Shown: positions 18,339-26,295, numbered from the stretch's first letter. The stretch is 57,929 nt of DNA from Candidatus Woesearchaeota archaeon (GCA_964558795.1 CAZLFJ010000001.1:6175-64103), one strand, 5' to 3'. Notes: a model not told the origin generated them from the letters alone. Numbers and translations are program-made.

Positions 18339-18530
18339 ATGATAATAGAAGGAATTTTATTGCCTAATGGAGAGAGATTTATCCCAAGACAGTTACCAGA
18401 GAGGCCTCCTATCAGACCTTATATCCCTCCAGTTTATGAGGCTCCAATCGGAATACCAATTATTCCAGAAGAACCAAAAGTAATAGTACAGCCATACGAC
18501 ATACGTACTAAAAGGGGAGACGGATTTTAA
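18339..18530 (+). CDS. Small proline-rich protein
   Basis: 63 aa, with GGAGG 10 nt upstream, followed by a long T-tract. Confidence 0.35.
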   Translation: MIIEGILLPNGERFIPRQLPERPPIRPYIPPVYEAPIGIPIIPEEPKVIVQPYDIRTKRGDGF

Positions 18531-18548
18531 TCGGCCCAAAACAAAATC

Positions 18549-18572
18549 TTTTTTATTTTTTTTATTTATTTT
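18549..18572 (+). terminator. Oligo-T terminator
   Basis: ttttttattttttttatttatttt directly after the 18339-18530 ORF. Archaeal terminators are T-runs. Confidence 0.45.
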
Positions 18573-18711
18573 GGGAATTTATAGCTTTAGCTGTATTTTG
18601 CCTCTTCTTCAATTAAGTTATCTGCCACCTTTAGAATTGCAGCTAGAGGAAAATTAAAAAGGTATTATCTAGCACATATAACTATAAAAAAGAATTTTTG
18701 TCTTCAGTTAG

Positions 18712-19500
18712 ATGGATAACCAAATCTTAAGATTGGCTTCTTCTAGTAGAATAAAAGTATTAGAAAGACCTGCTGTAAATTGTTATCATGAAACAGGTTA
18801 TGCAAGAGGGGAAGGTTTAGAATGTATAGGAGAGCCTACAGAGCAATTTCAACAATACGATTTGGGAAGGGGTGTAGTTCTGGACCATGATTTTGCATAT
18901 GGCAACAAATTGAGATTTTTCCAAGATGGAGATTTCATGTTCAGGCTATCAAATCATGGAGACCTAGGAACCTGGAACCTAGAATGGGCTCTTCTGGGAG
19001 ATATTTCAAAAACAGATGCTATAAGATCATTAATTGAGGTTTGTGGAAAACTGCGAGAAAGAGAGGCAGAAGGAAGACTTAGATTCGCTTCTACCCCCGA
19101 AGTAATAGTTCATTATTATATGGACCGAGTAGATAAAGAACTAGGAATTGTTAAGGAAGCAGACGAACTAGACAGAATAGGTTTTAGCACATTAGAGGAG
19201 ACACAGGCTATCGTTGAAAGAAATAGAAACTATGAAAGATTTACAGCTTTTGTTACAACTGCAGGACTTAAATTACCCGAAGTAAGAGGTTATGAGCAAG
19301 CCCATCATTTTGTTTTTAAGTTAGGAGAGCATGGAGTCCATTGGGATCCAAAGACCTGGAAGATTTCTTTTGAGTGCGGGATTAACTTTAAACCAGAAGA
19401 AGTTCTCTTCCCCCTTATCTATAGCGTTTATCAACAAACCGCAAGATATAAGCATTTTTTCCCACTAACCGAATCCGGAAAGCCAAATTTATTGGGCTAG
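18712..19500 (+). CDS. Hypothetical protein
   Basis: 262-aa ORF, noticeably GC-richer than its surroundings. tataaaaa at 18683-18690 lies at -29. Confidence 0.5.
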   Translation: MDNQILRLASSSRIKVLERPAVNCYHETGYARGEGLECIGEPTEQFQQYDLGRGVVLDHDFAYGNKLRFFQDGDFMFRLSNHGDLGTWNLEWALLGDISKTDAIRSLIEVCGKLREREAEGRLRFASTPEVIVHYYMDRVDKELGIVKEADELDRIGFSTLEETQAIVERNRNYERFTAFVTTAGLKLPEVRGYEQAHHFVFKLGEHGVHWDPKTWKISFECGINFKPEEVLFPLIYSVYQQTARYKHFFPLTESGKPNLLG

Positions 19501-19572
19501 GTTCTGTAGTTGGAGGGGCCGGGGGGTTGGATTAAGTGGAGGGAATGAAATTTTTTAGTCTCTATTTTTCAT

Positions 19573-20226
19573 TTACAATCTCGCAATCTTTCCAGCATCA
19601 GTCAATTGCAGACCATTTTCTGTAGAAAGTAAATCCATGTCCTTGAGTTCATCAATTGCCCTATAAATCATAGCTGTAGATAAATCTAGAACCTTTGTTA
19701 AATCGGCAATAGAAGCATATTTTCCCGTTTCTACATATTCCATAATGGACTTTTGACTCTCGGTTAATTTAAATGATAATCTGGGCAAACTTATGACTGT
19801 TGCACCCTTATCTTCATCAGGCAAATACATAATCTTCTTAACTCTCTCGTGTCGGGCATAGGATGCGAATAGAAGACCCATTCCCAGTGTTTTTCTGCCA
19901 GAAGTAATATCTACATAAATATCATCTTCATTTGGTTGAGCATCCATTATTTTAACGCATTCTTTAGCAATTGCAACTATATCATACATGTTAACCTTTA
20001 TTGCTTTGACTTCGATAACCTTTCCAAGAGATTCTTTAATAAGTTTGAACGAAGCATCTTGCTTTGGTTCTGGTTGGTCGCTCATTAAAAGAAATATCCG
20101 TTCTGCACCAATCCTAGTTGTAGATAACATTGCAGGGTTTGGATTGAACAACGTTGCAATTAATACCTTTTTTCCCATATTTTCCTCTGATATTAAGGGT
20201 TCTTCTTGTTTTATATAGCTTTCCAT
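19573..20226 (-). CDS. Csa3-like CARF-domain plus winged-HTH transcriptional regulator
   Basis: N-terminal Rossmann-like half: KVLIATLFNP...RIFLLMSD...DITSGRKTLGMGLLFASYA (compare the DLTMGMR loop of Sulfolobus Csa3). C-terminal wHTH: YASIADLTKVLDLSTAMIYRAIDELKDMDLL. tatataaa at 20248-20255 lies at -29. Confidence 0.55.
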   Translation of the reverse strand: MESYIKQEEPLISEENMGKKVLIATLFNPNPAMLSTTRIGAERIFLLMSDQPEPKQDASFKLIKESLGKVIEVKAIKVNMYDIVAIAKECVKIMDAQPNEDDIYVDITSGRKTLGMGLLFASYARHERVKKIMYLPDEDKGATVISLPRLSFKLTESQKSIMEYVETGKYASIADLTKVLDLSTAMIYRAIDELKDMDLLSTENGLQLTDAGKIARL

Positions 20227-20247
20227 GAAAAATAGAAGTGTATATTA

Positions 20248-20255
20248 TTTATATA
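20248..20255 (-). promoter_or_regulatory. TATA box of the CARF-wHTH gene
   Basis: 29 nt from ATG 20226. Confidence 0.5.
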
Positions 20256-20262
20256 TGTTTGT

Positions 20263-20279
20263 ATCTTATAATATAAGAT
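20263..20279. promoter_or_regulatory. 17-bp palindrome ATCTTATA-a-TATAAGAT between the divergent promoters (candidate operator)
   Basis: Perfect 8-bp arms, read directly. Sits between the TATA at 20248-20255 and the TATA at 20300-20307. Confidence 0.4.
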
Positions 20280-20299
20280 TATACTTATTAGTAGAAAGA

Positions 20300-20307
20300 T
20301 TTAAAAA
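20300..20307 (+). promoter_or_regulatory. TATA box of the 11-cistron operon
   Basis: tttaaaaa starts 29 nt before ATG 20329. Confidence 0.5.
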
Positions 20308-20328
20308 GAATGAAAATATGATTTTTAT

Positions 20329-20550
20329 ATGAAAACAAAAATAATGAAACTTTCAGGAAAGCCAGTTATTAGCCGAGAACATATTGTAAAGATGGGCGAT
20401 TCTTTGTTTAATAACGACGAAGTGGATTCTGTAAAGCTTGAAATTATATTTAAGGACAAATCTAAACTAAGTTATGATTCTGGAACTAAACGAAAGGCTC
20501 TGTTTGATGCTGAAATGGACGAGATGATGGAGGATGATAAAGATGATTAA
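20329..20550 (+). CDS. Small protein with acidic tail (operon cistron 1)
   Basis: 73 aa, C-terminus DAEMDEMMEDDKDD. Leaderless start at -29 from the TATA. Confidence 0.5.
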   Translation: MKTKIMKLSGKPVISREHIVKMGDSLFNNDEVDSVKLEIIFKDKSKLSYDSGTKRKALFDAEMDEMMEDDKDD

Positions 20551-20573
20551 AAAAATCAATCTCGGAGGACAAA

Positions 20574-20735
20574 ATGGGATTAAACGAAAACCTTGCCCTA
20601 TGGAAAGAACTAATGATTAGGAATCCTAAGCAAATGAAATGTATAGATTGCGGTCATTTTTCATTTAATTTTGGAAATGAGGTATGCATGATCTGCGGTG
20701 GAAGGCTTCTAAATTTCTCAGAGGTTAAAAAATGA
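20574..20735 (+). CDS. 53-aa zinc-ribbon protein (cistron 2; below the ORF-track size cutoff)
   Basis: MGLNENLALWKELMIRNPKQMKCIDCGHFSFNFGNEVCMICGGRLLNFSEVKK. Has CxxC...CxxC, GGAGG at 20564-20568, and a stop overlapping the next ATG (ATGA). Confidence 0.5.
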   Translation: MGLNENLALWKELMIRNPKQMKCIDCGHFSFNFGNEVCMICGGRLLNFSEVKK

Positions 20736-21211
20736 ACAAAGAACCTATAAAAATAGCTCTGAAAGATATAAGATGTAAACATCTAGAGAAAATTCTGGAA
20801 TTAGATGGATATGTTATTTCTTGTTCGCAAATTAAGAAAATGACAACGAATAAAAAATTTAGATGTTCTAAATGCAATACTGATTGTTCTTTGTTGCAAC
20901 TTACATCATATATTCAGAGAGTTGATAGGTGTGCTGTCTGCGGATCAGAATCTCTTTATGACGAGGGATCGGAGGAGGTAGATTTTCAGCAAATTGTGAT
21001 AGCTGATAAAAACGAAGAGTGTGCGAATTCTTCAGAGTTAGCGGTGATTTTTAATGGAGAAGTGTTATCCTCAATAAATCTTCTGGATAAATTAAATCAA
21101 AAAGTTTGTGTTATTGGAGAATTAGGAGAATTGGTTTCTGATGAAGATGGAAACAGATCAATATTCTCCTCATTTTGTCTAAAGGCACATGAGTTAAAGG
21201 AGCTAAAATGA
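20732..21211 (+). CDS. MCM N-terminal-domain-like OB-fold/Zn-ribbon protein without an AAA+ module (cistron 3)
   Basis: LELDGYVISCSQIKK...FRCSKCNTDC...RCAVCGS...VDFQQIVIAD...KVCVIGELGE. This parallels ISIEGIVRQASEVRP...FECPSCGT...RCSSCGR...VDAQRLVLEE...KVRAIGILKE of the bona fide MCM at 49234-51300. Confidence 0.45.
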   Translation: MNKEPIKIALKDIRCKHLEKILELDGYVISCSQIKKMTTNKKFRCSKCNTDCSLLQLTSYIQRVDRCAVCGSESLYDEGSEEVDFQQIVIADKNEECANSSELAVIFNGEVLSSINLLDKLNQKVCVIGELGELVSDEDGNRSIFSSFCLKAHELKELK

Positions 21212-21318
21212 AAAAATCTTTTAAAGAATGGTGGTTTAAGTGGGATGGAGTAATTGCCTTTATTTTAACTATAATTATGATCCTAATATTGATTAAGGCA
21301 TGGAGAATTTTAAGATGA
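21208..21318 (+). CDS. 36-aa single-TM peptide (cistron 4)
   Basis: MKKSFKEWWFKWDGVIAFILTIIMILILIKAWRILR. ATGA overlaps at both ends. Confidence 0.4.
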   Translation: MKKSFKEWWFKWDGVIAFILTIIMILILIKAWRILR

Positions 21319-21494
21319 AAACTATCTATATAATCTATCACATCCTAATGGGTTCACTCGTAACCTATTTTTTTACTAAATTTGTTTGGTTAATTCTTAA
21401 TTCGGTTGACTGTGCTTGGAATTATTTTCTGCTTATGTTACTTATGATGTCTGTTTGGTTGCAGGTTGTTTTATCGCAGAGGAGGAAAAGATAA
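21315..21494 (+). CDS. 59-aa two-TM peptide (cistron 5)
   Basis: MKTIYIIYHILMGSLVTYFFTKFVWLIL... The start is taken at the ATGA overlap rather than the track's 21300. Confidence 0.4.
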   Translation: MKTIYIIYHILMGSLVTYFFTKFVWLILNSVDCAWNYFLLMLLMMSVWLQVVLSQRRKR

Positions 21495-21871
21495 TGAAAA
21501 GAAAAGATAAACAATTATTAAAAGAGGTAGGGATTGTTTTATTAATATCTATAGCAATAGCTTCTTTTGTTTTTTTATTGATTACTCATAGCGATAATAG
21601 AGATTCTAAAATACCTCGGATAGAAGAAATTTTTAAAAATACTACTGCATATAAATATGCTATTGAAAATAATGCAAATATTAGTAAGGTAACTTTTGTA
21701 GATTCTATTTCAAGAGATACCTTCTTGAGAAAAAATGGTTATTTGACTGCTTGTCCTTATTTGACATTCAATGATTTTGCTTTTATTTATGGGAGAAGAT
21801 TTATTGTAGCAATAAATATAGAAACATTTGAAGTTGAGTGTGATTGGGTTAAGGGGATGACTGAATGTTAA
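21494..21871 (+). CDS. 125-aa signal-anchored extracytoplasmic protein (cistron 6)
   Basis: MKRKDKQLLKEVGIVLLISIAIASFVFLLI... TAATG overlap, with GGAGGA at 21481-21486. Confidence 0.45.
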   Translation: MKRKDKQLLKEVGIVLLISIAIASFVFLLITHSDNRDSKIPRIEEIFKNTTAYKYAIENNANISKVTFVDSISRDTFLRKNGYLTACPYLTFNDFAFIYGRRFIVAINIETFEVECDWVKGMTEC

Positions 21872-21896
21872 ATAAATCTCAGATACTGGATGAACA

Positions 21897-22070
21897 ATGA
21901 AAATCATAGCTACTAAGATTAAGATGATAATAGATTCAGAAGATGAAAGACCTATTATGGATATAGTTGACCCACTGGTAAATCCGGATTATGATGTAGT
22001 TATAGAACAAATTGGGAACATTATCATTACGGTTGAAAGGAGTGTTTCTTGGATGAGAAAGGGAATATGA
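21897..22070 (+). CDS. 57-aa protein (cistron 7; below the track cutoff)
   Basis: MKIIATKIKMIIDSEDERPIMDIVDPLVNPDYDVVIEQIGNIIITVERSVSWMRKGI. Stop overlaps the next ATG. Confidence 0.35.
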   Translation: MKIIATKIKMIIDSEDERPIMDIVDPLVNPDYDVVIEQIGNIIITVERSVSWMRKGI

Positions 22071-22600
22071 AGAAAGATTTAAAATATTTATCTAAGCAAT
22101 TTATTTCTTTTGTGATTTCTGCTATTGCTTTGATCTGTTTACTCGGCTATTTGCATGAATTCTCCCATTTTGTTGCTTGCAGGGGTTTTGGGCTCGAGTC
22201 TTCTATGAGTATAAATCCCTTTCAAGCAAGGCCAGAATATGTAACTTTCTGCCTTGGGGCAGAAACTCTTTCAAACTGGCAGTTTTTTGTTGTTAGGGCT
22301 TCGCCTTATTTTGTCGGTATGGTTTTAATGATTTTCTTATTTTTTCTATATAAACCAAAAAGTTTTGTGGGCTTGGCTTTGCCGGGAGCAATTGTAATAG
22401 AAAATTGGCTAAATGTTCTTCATTTGATTGGTCCTTTTAATGAAATCATAGATTTTAGAAATGATTTGTTGCAGATTTTTGTTCATACTAATAAAGGTTA
22501 TTTGTTCTTGGTCTTGCTTTTTATGGGTGTTAGCCTTTGGCTATTGATTTTAATGGCCGTGGGGGCCGGGCAGAGAATCAGGGCGGGAGGGAGAAGATGA
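22067..22600 (+). CDS. Polytopic membrane protein with HExxH (putative zincin-like intramembrane peptidase, DUF3267-like) (cistron 8)
   Basis: LGYLHEFSHFVACRGFG sits at the end of TM1 (nt about 22154-22168), followed by several more hydrophobic helices. Start at the ATGA overlap (22067). Confidence 0.45.
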   Translation: MKKDLKYLSKQFISFVISAIALICLLGYLHEFSHFVACRGFGLESSMSINPFQARPEYVTFCLGAETLSNWQFFVVRASPYFVGMVLMIFLFFLYKPKSFVGLALPGAIVIENWLNVLHLIGPFNEIIDFRNDLLQIFVHTNKGYLFLVLLFMGVSLWLLILMAVGAGQRIRAGGRR

Positions 22601-22887
22601 ATGAGCAAGAAGAGTTACTTGAGAAAATAATCTTGGGAGGTTCAACTGTTCACAGGTGGGATAAATTCAAATGTTTGTCTTGTAGAGCCATTATATCTCT
22701 TTTGCAATACAACTTCAAGAGAAAAGGAAGAAATTGGATTCTTTTACCAAAAGCTCCGAAAAGTTGTGCTGTATGCGGTAATACTAGGTTCAAAAAAGTT
22801 GGCTATTCTTATTTAGCAGAATCTGGAAAGATTCTTTTTGAAAAGAAGCTCAAAGAAAAGGTTAAAAAGAAGGGGGAAGTGGAGTAG
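22597..22887 (+). CDS. 96-aa zinc-ribbon protein with basic tail (cistron 9)
   Basis: CLSCRA...CAVCGN. Start at the ATGA overlap (22597), not the track's 22537. Confidence 0.45.
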   Translation: MNEQEELLEKIILGGSTVHRWDKFKCLSCRAIISLLQYNFKRKGRNWILLPKAPKSCAVCGNTRFKKVGYSYLAESGKILFEKKLKEKVKKKGEVE

Positions 22888-22890
22888 AGT

Positions 22891-23631
22891 ATGGATAAAA
22901 AACCTACTAGGGAGGTAATAAATTTAGCCTCTAAGATTCTTGAAAAAACACCCTATGAAACGCAAAAAGAGATCATAAAGAAGATATTTAACAGGACTGA
23001 AGATACTAAGGAAGATATTATTTTGAGGCTAATGGTTATTGATAGTGGATATTCGACAAACCTTAACAGAAGACTTTTTGGGTTTGAAGAGATTTCTAAA
23101 TTTTTAGTTGAAATAACTCCTCATATTGAATTGCTTTTATATGAAAAGATAAATGACTTGGATTTTTTCAAAAAACTTGAAAAAGATTTAGTAAAAGGAT
23201 ATGGAATAAGTAAAATTGGAAAAGAAGGAGGGCATGCTTTTTCTCTAATTAGTAAATATATCTATTTTAGAAGTAATTTTAAGTTCCCAATATATGACTC
23301 ATTAGTAAGAAAAGGCTTAGCAAAGTTAGGAAAAATTGGAAGGTATGAAAATCACCCCTCTCTAAAATATTTTGAAGAACTGAAGAAATTAAGGGAGGAG
23401 CTTAAATGCACTATTGATGATCTTGATAAATATTTCTGGATTCTTGGAAAGATAGGGGATGTAAAACAAATAAGCCCGTCCCTCTTAATTAGTAATAAAG
23501 AAATATATCGGGAAGATTTCTTGAAAGGCATGAAAGGAAAAAAAGATTTAGAAACATTTAAAATAGCAAAATTCAGTAATCCAAAATTAAGATTAATGCA
23601 AGAATTTTCTAGGAAGGTTAATAATGACTAA
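22891..23631 (+). CDS. 246-aa helical protein of unknown function (cistron 10)
   Basis: Conserved-looking blocks VIDSGYSTNL, AFSLISKYIYFRSNFKFPIYDS and LDKYFWILGK. 8-nt overlap with the helicase gene. Confidence 0.5.
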   Translation: MDKKPTREVINLASKILEKTPYETQKEIIKKIFNRTEDTKEDIILRLMVIDSGYSTNLNRRLFGFEEISKFLVEITPHIELLLYEKINDLDFFKKLEKDLVKGYGISKIGKEGGHAFSLISKYIYFRSNFKFPIYDSLVRKGLAKLGKIGRYENHPSLKYFEELKKLREELKCTIDDLDKYFWILGKIGDVKQISPSLLISNKEIYREDFLKGMKGKKDLETFKIAKFSNPKLRLMQEFSRKVNND

Positions 23632-26287
23632 TCTCTCCTTCCTCTCCGACCTAACGCAAGAAAAACAAGACATAATCAAAACAGATGGAAATGTCCTTGT
23701 TACTGCAAATCCTGGAACGGGTAAAACCCTTCTTCTTGCATATAAATATGCTTATTTGATTGCTAAGGGAATTAAGCCTGAAGAGATTTTGTGTTTGACT
23801 TTCACAAACAAGGCAAAAAAGGAACTTGAAGGAAGAATAATTGAAGAAATAAAGAATATTGGTTTGGAAGTTGATTTTTCTAAAATAAATGTTCATACAT
23901 TTCACTCTTACGCCTTGGATTATGTTGATGAGGAAGAGGTTGTTTCTTCTAATATGCTTAGATATGCGATTTACCAATATCTCAAAGAAAAAGAGATACT
24001 TAATTATGCAGATGCTTATTTGATAAGTGAAATTGTTCCTAGGATGGAAAATCTTCTTAGATATTTGAAGAGCTTTGGGATAACTCCTGAAAAGATAGAT
24101 ATAGAGAAAGCCAAAGAATTTATAAAAGATTCAGAGAAACATCAAAAACAAGATCTTGATAAGTTCTTGGAACATTTTGTTGATGTTTACAAGCATTATG
24201 AGACTATGAAATCTAGGAAGGGAATAGATTATGCAGATATGCTTCTGAAATTTCGCGATATAAAAAATCCTCCGATGTTTGAATATGTTTTAATCGATGA
24301 ATTGCAGGATGTTAATACAATTGAGGCAGATATGGCTTTAATGTCTTGTAAGCATTTTGTTGCGGTAGGAGATAAAAAGCAAGCTATTTTTGGTTTTCAG
24401 GGTGGTTCGATTGTTAATTTCAAGAAGTTTGAGAATGCTCAAAAGTTTGTTTTAACTGAGAATTTTAGAAGTGCTCAAGAGGTTCTTGATTATTCAAGAG
24501 AGTTTTTCTTGAAGAGATCACAAGATGTTTCTCATAAAGCAGATCTAGTTAAATTGAAAAATGCAAAAGGAACTAGATCTAAAAAACCCGTTATTTATTC
24601 TGTTCCCCGAGAAGATACAAGTTTGGCAGTTTGTGAACTAATCAAACAATATTCTGGGAAGGGCAAAGTTGCAGTTATTGCAAGAACAAATACTCAGATT
24701 TCAAGGCTTTCTAAGGCCTTGAAGGATAGGGGAATTGATCACTCTTCCACATTCTTTTCTGCTTCTAAAGAAGCCAAAGAAAAAATGATCTTGTTTTTGA
24801 GGGGAATTCTTTCAAATGACATTCAAATTGTTAAGAATTCTATGTTTACCCCATTTTTCCCTTGTTCGGTTCAACAATCCTTTGATATTGCAAGCGAGGA
24901 AACAAAAACCTTAGAAGATTTGTATAAATTAAGTCCAGAGTTTAAGAGTCTTAGAGATTCAATCAAGAATCTGGATGATTTAATTGGAATCTTCAAGGAA
25001 AGAGTTATGCCTGTTGCTATTGCGTATGGTAGGGAAACACTTCTTGCGGCAATTAATGTTGAAGAAGCATTGCAAGAAGCTTTGAAATTTGTTGATAATA
25101 TTAATTTGAAGACCTTGGTGGACTATTTGGAGTCTTCAGATTTGTTGACTGACGGCTCAGATGTTGAAAAGCCAGTTATTTTAACAACAGTTCATAAGGC
25201 AAAGGGAAAGGAGTATGATTCTGTGATTTATATTCCTACAAAATCCAAGAATAATTCTAATTTTCAGGATGAGATTGTTGAGGCAATATTGAAATCCCAA
25301 GGCATTAATGCGGAAGAGGAACTGGAAGAGGAGGCACTGCGAATTGATTTTGTGGCTTTCACTAGAGCAAAATCCAATCTTTGCGTTATTGTTGAGAAGC
25401 CAGAGGATTATTTGAATGATTCTGCAGAAATTGGAGAACTTTGTCTAGATTCAATTGAAAGCTTTGAGTTTTCACAGAGATCTAAAAGAGCATATAATTT
25501 ATTCTTAAACAAAGAATATGAGAAAGCTAAGGAGCTTTTAGAGATAAACAAGTCTTGGATTATCAATTATGTAAAGAATCATTTTGCGAATATTGATCAT
25601 GTTTCTTATTCTGGTTTGAAAGATAGTGCTTTTGAGTATTTGATGGAGAGGATTTTGAAAGTTAGAGAAGCAACTTCTGCAACAAATGTTGGAACAGATG
25701 TTCATGAGATTGCTCGGAGACTTTGCACTGGTGAAAAAGTTGTTGTTAAACCAGAATATGAGCCATACAAAAAAAATTTGGATTATATCTTGAAACAGAT
25801 TAGGGAAACTTATCCGCAAGGATATGCTTTTGAAGAAAAAATACAAGTCGGCTTAAAAGAAATTGTTGGTGAGGGGGAGGAACTAGTATTTACAGGATTT
25901 ATTGATGCGATTTTCAAGAATCAAGATCGGTATTTGATTGTTGATTGGAAGACGGACAAGAAAACAGATAATGCTTCAAAGCATAGGCAACAGCTTGAGG
26001 CTTACAAGAAGGCACTTTCAAGTTTGAAGGGAATTCCAATGGATAAGATTGATGTTGCGATTGGTTTTGTGGGCCTGAGAAAAACCATAAATGATGGGAC
26101 AATTGATTGTGAATTTGATAATAAACAGCCTGCAAAGTCTGCTTTTGGGACATTTACTAAAAGAGTGAATAAACTTCTTGAATGGAGAAATAATCCAGAC
26201 AAGTTCTTTGAGGATCTGATTGAGGAAAAGGTTGATGATGATATTTGGAGGGCTGTGGTTGAGCAGTATATGGGGGAGAAGGAATGA
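23624..26287 (+). CDS. UvrD/PcrA-type SF1 helicase fused to a C-terminal RecB-family PD-(D/E)xK nuclease (cistron 11)
   Basis: Helicase motifs: ANPGTGKT (I), LTFTNKAKKEL (Ia), VLIDELQDV (II), VGDKKQAIFGFQGGS (III), LTENFRS (IV), TTVHKAKGKEYDSV (VI), VAFTRAK. Nuclease motifs: GTDVHEI, GFIDAIF, IVDWKTDK, QQLEAYKKAL. No Cas4-type Cys cluster. Confidence 0.8.
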   Translation: MTNLSFLSDLTQEKQDIIKTDGNVLVTANPGTGKTLLLAYKYAYLIAKGIKPEEILCLTFTNKAKKELEGRIIEEIKNIGLEVDFSKINVHTFHSYALDYVDEEEVVSSNMLRYAIYQYLKEKEILNYADAYLISEIVPRMENLLRYLKSFGITPEKIDIEKAKEFIKDSEKHQKQDLDKFLEHFVDVYKHYETMKSRKGIDYADMLLKFRDIKNPPMFEYVLIDELQDVNTIEADMALMSCKHFVAVGDKKQAIFGFQGGSIVNFKKFENAQKFVLTENFRSAQEVLDYSREFFLKRSQDVSHKADLVKLKNAKGTRSKKPVIYSVPREDTSLAVCELIKQYSGKGKVAVIARTNTQISRLSKALKDRGIDHSSTFFSASKEAKEKMILFLRGILSNDIQIVKNSMFTPFFPCSVQQSFDIASEETKTLEDLYKLSPEFKSLRDSIKNLDDLIGIFKERVMPVAIAYGRETLLAAINVEEALQEALKFVDNINLKTLVDYLESSDLLTDGSDVEKPVILTTVHKAKGKEYDSVIYIPTKSKNNSNFQDEIVEAILKSQGINAEEELEEEALRIDFVAFTRAKSNLCVIVEKPEDYLNDSAEIGELCLDSIESFEFSQRSKRAYNLFLNKEYEKAKELLEINKSWIINYVKNHFANIDHVSYSGLKDSAFEYLMERILKVREATSATNVGTDVHEIARRLCTGEKVVVKPEYEPYKKNLDYILKQIRETYPQGYAFEEKIQVGLKEIVGEGEELVFTGFIDAIFKNQDRYLIVDWKTDKKTDNASKHRQQLEAYKKALSSLKGIPMDKIDVAIGFVGLRKTINDGTIDCEFDNKQPAKSAFGTFTKRVNKLLEWRNNPDKFFEDLIEEKVDDDIWRAVVEQYMGEKE

Positions 26288-26295
26288 AAGATATT

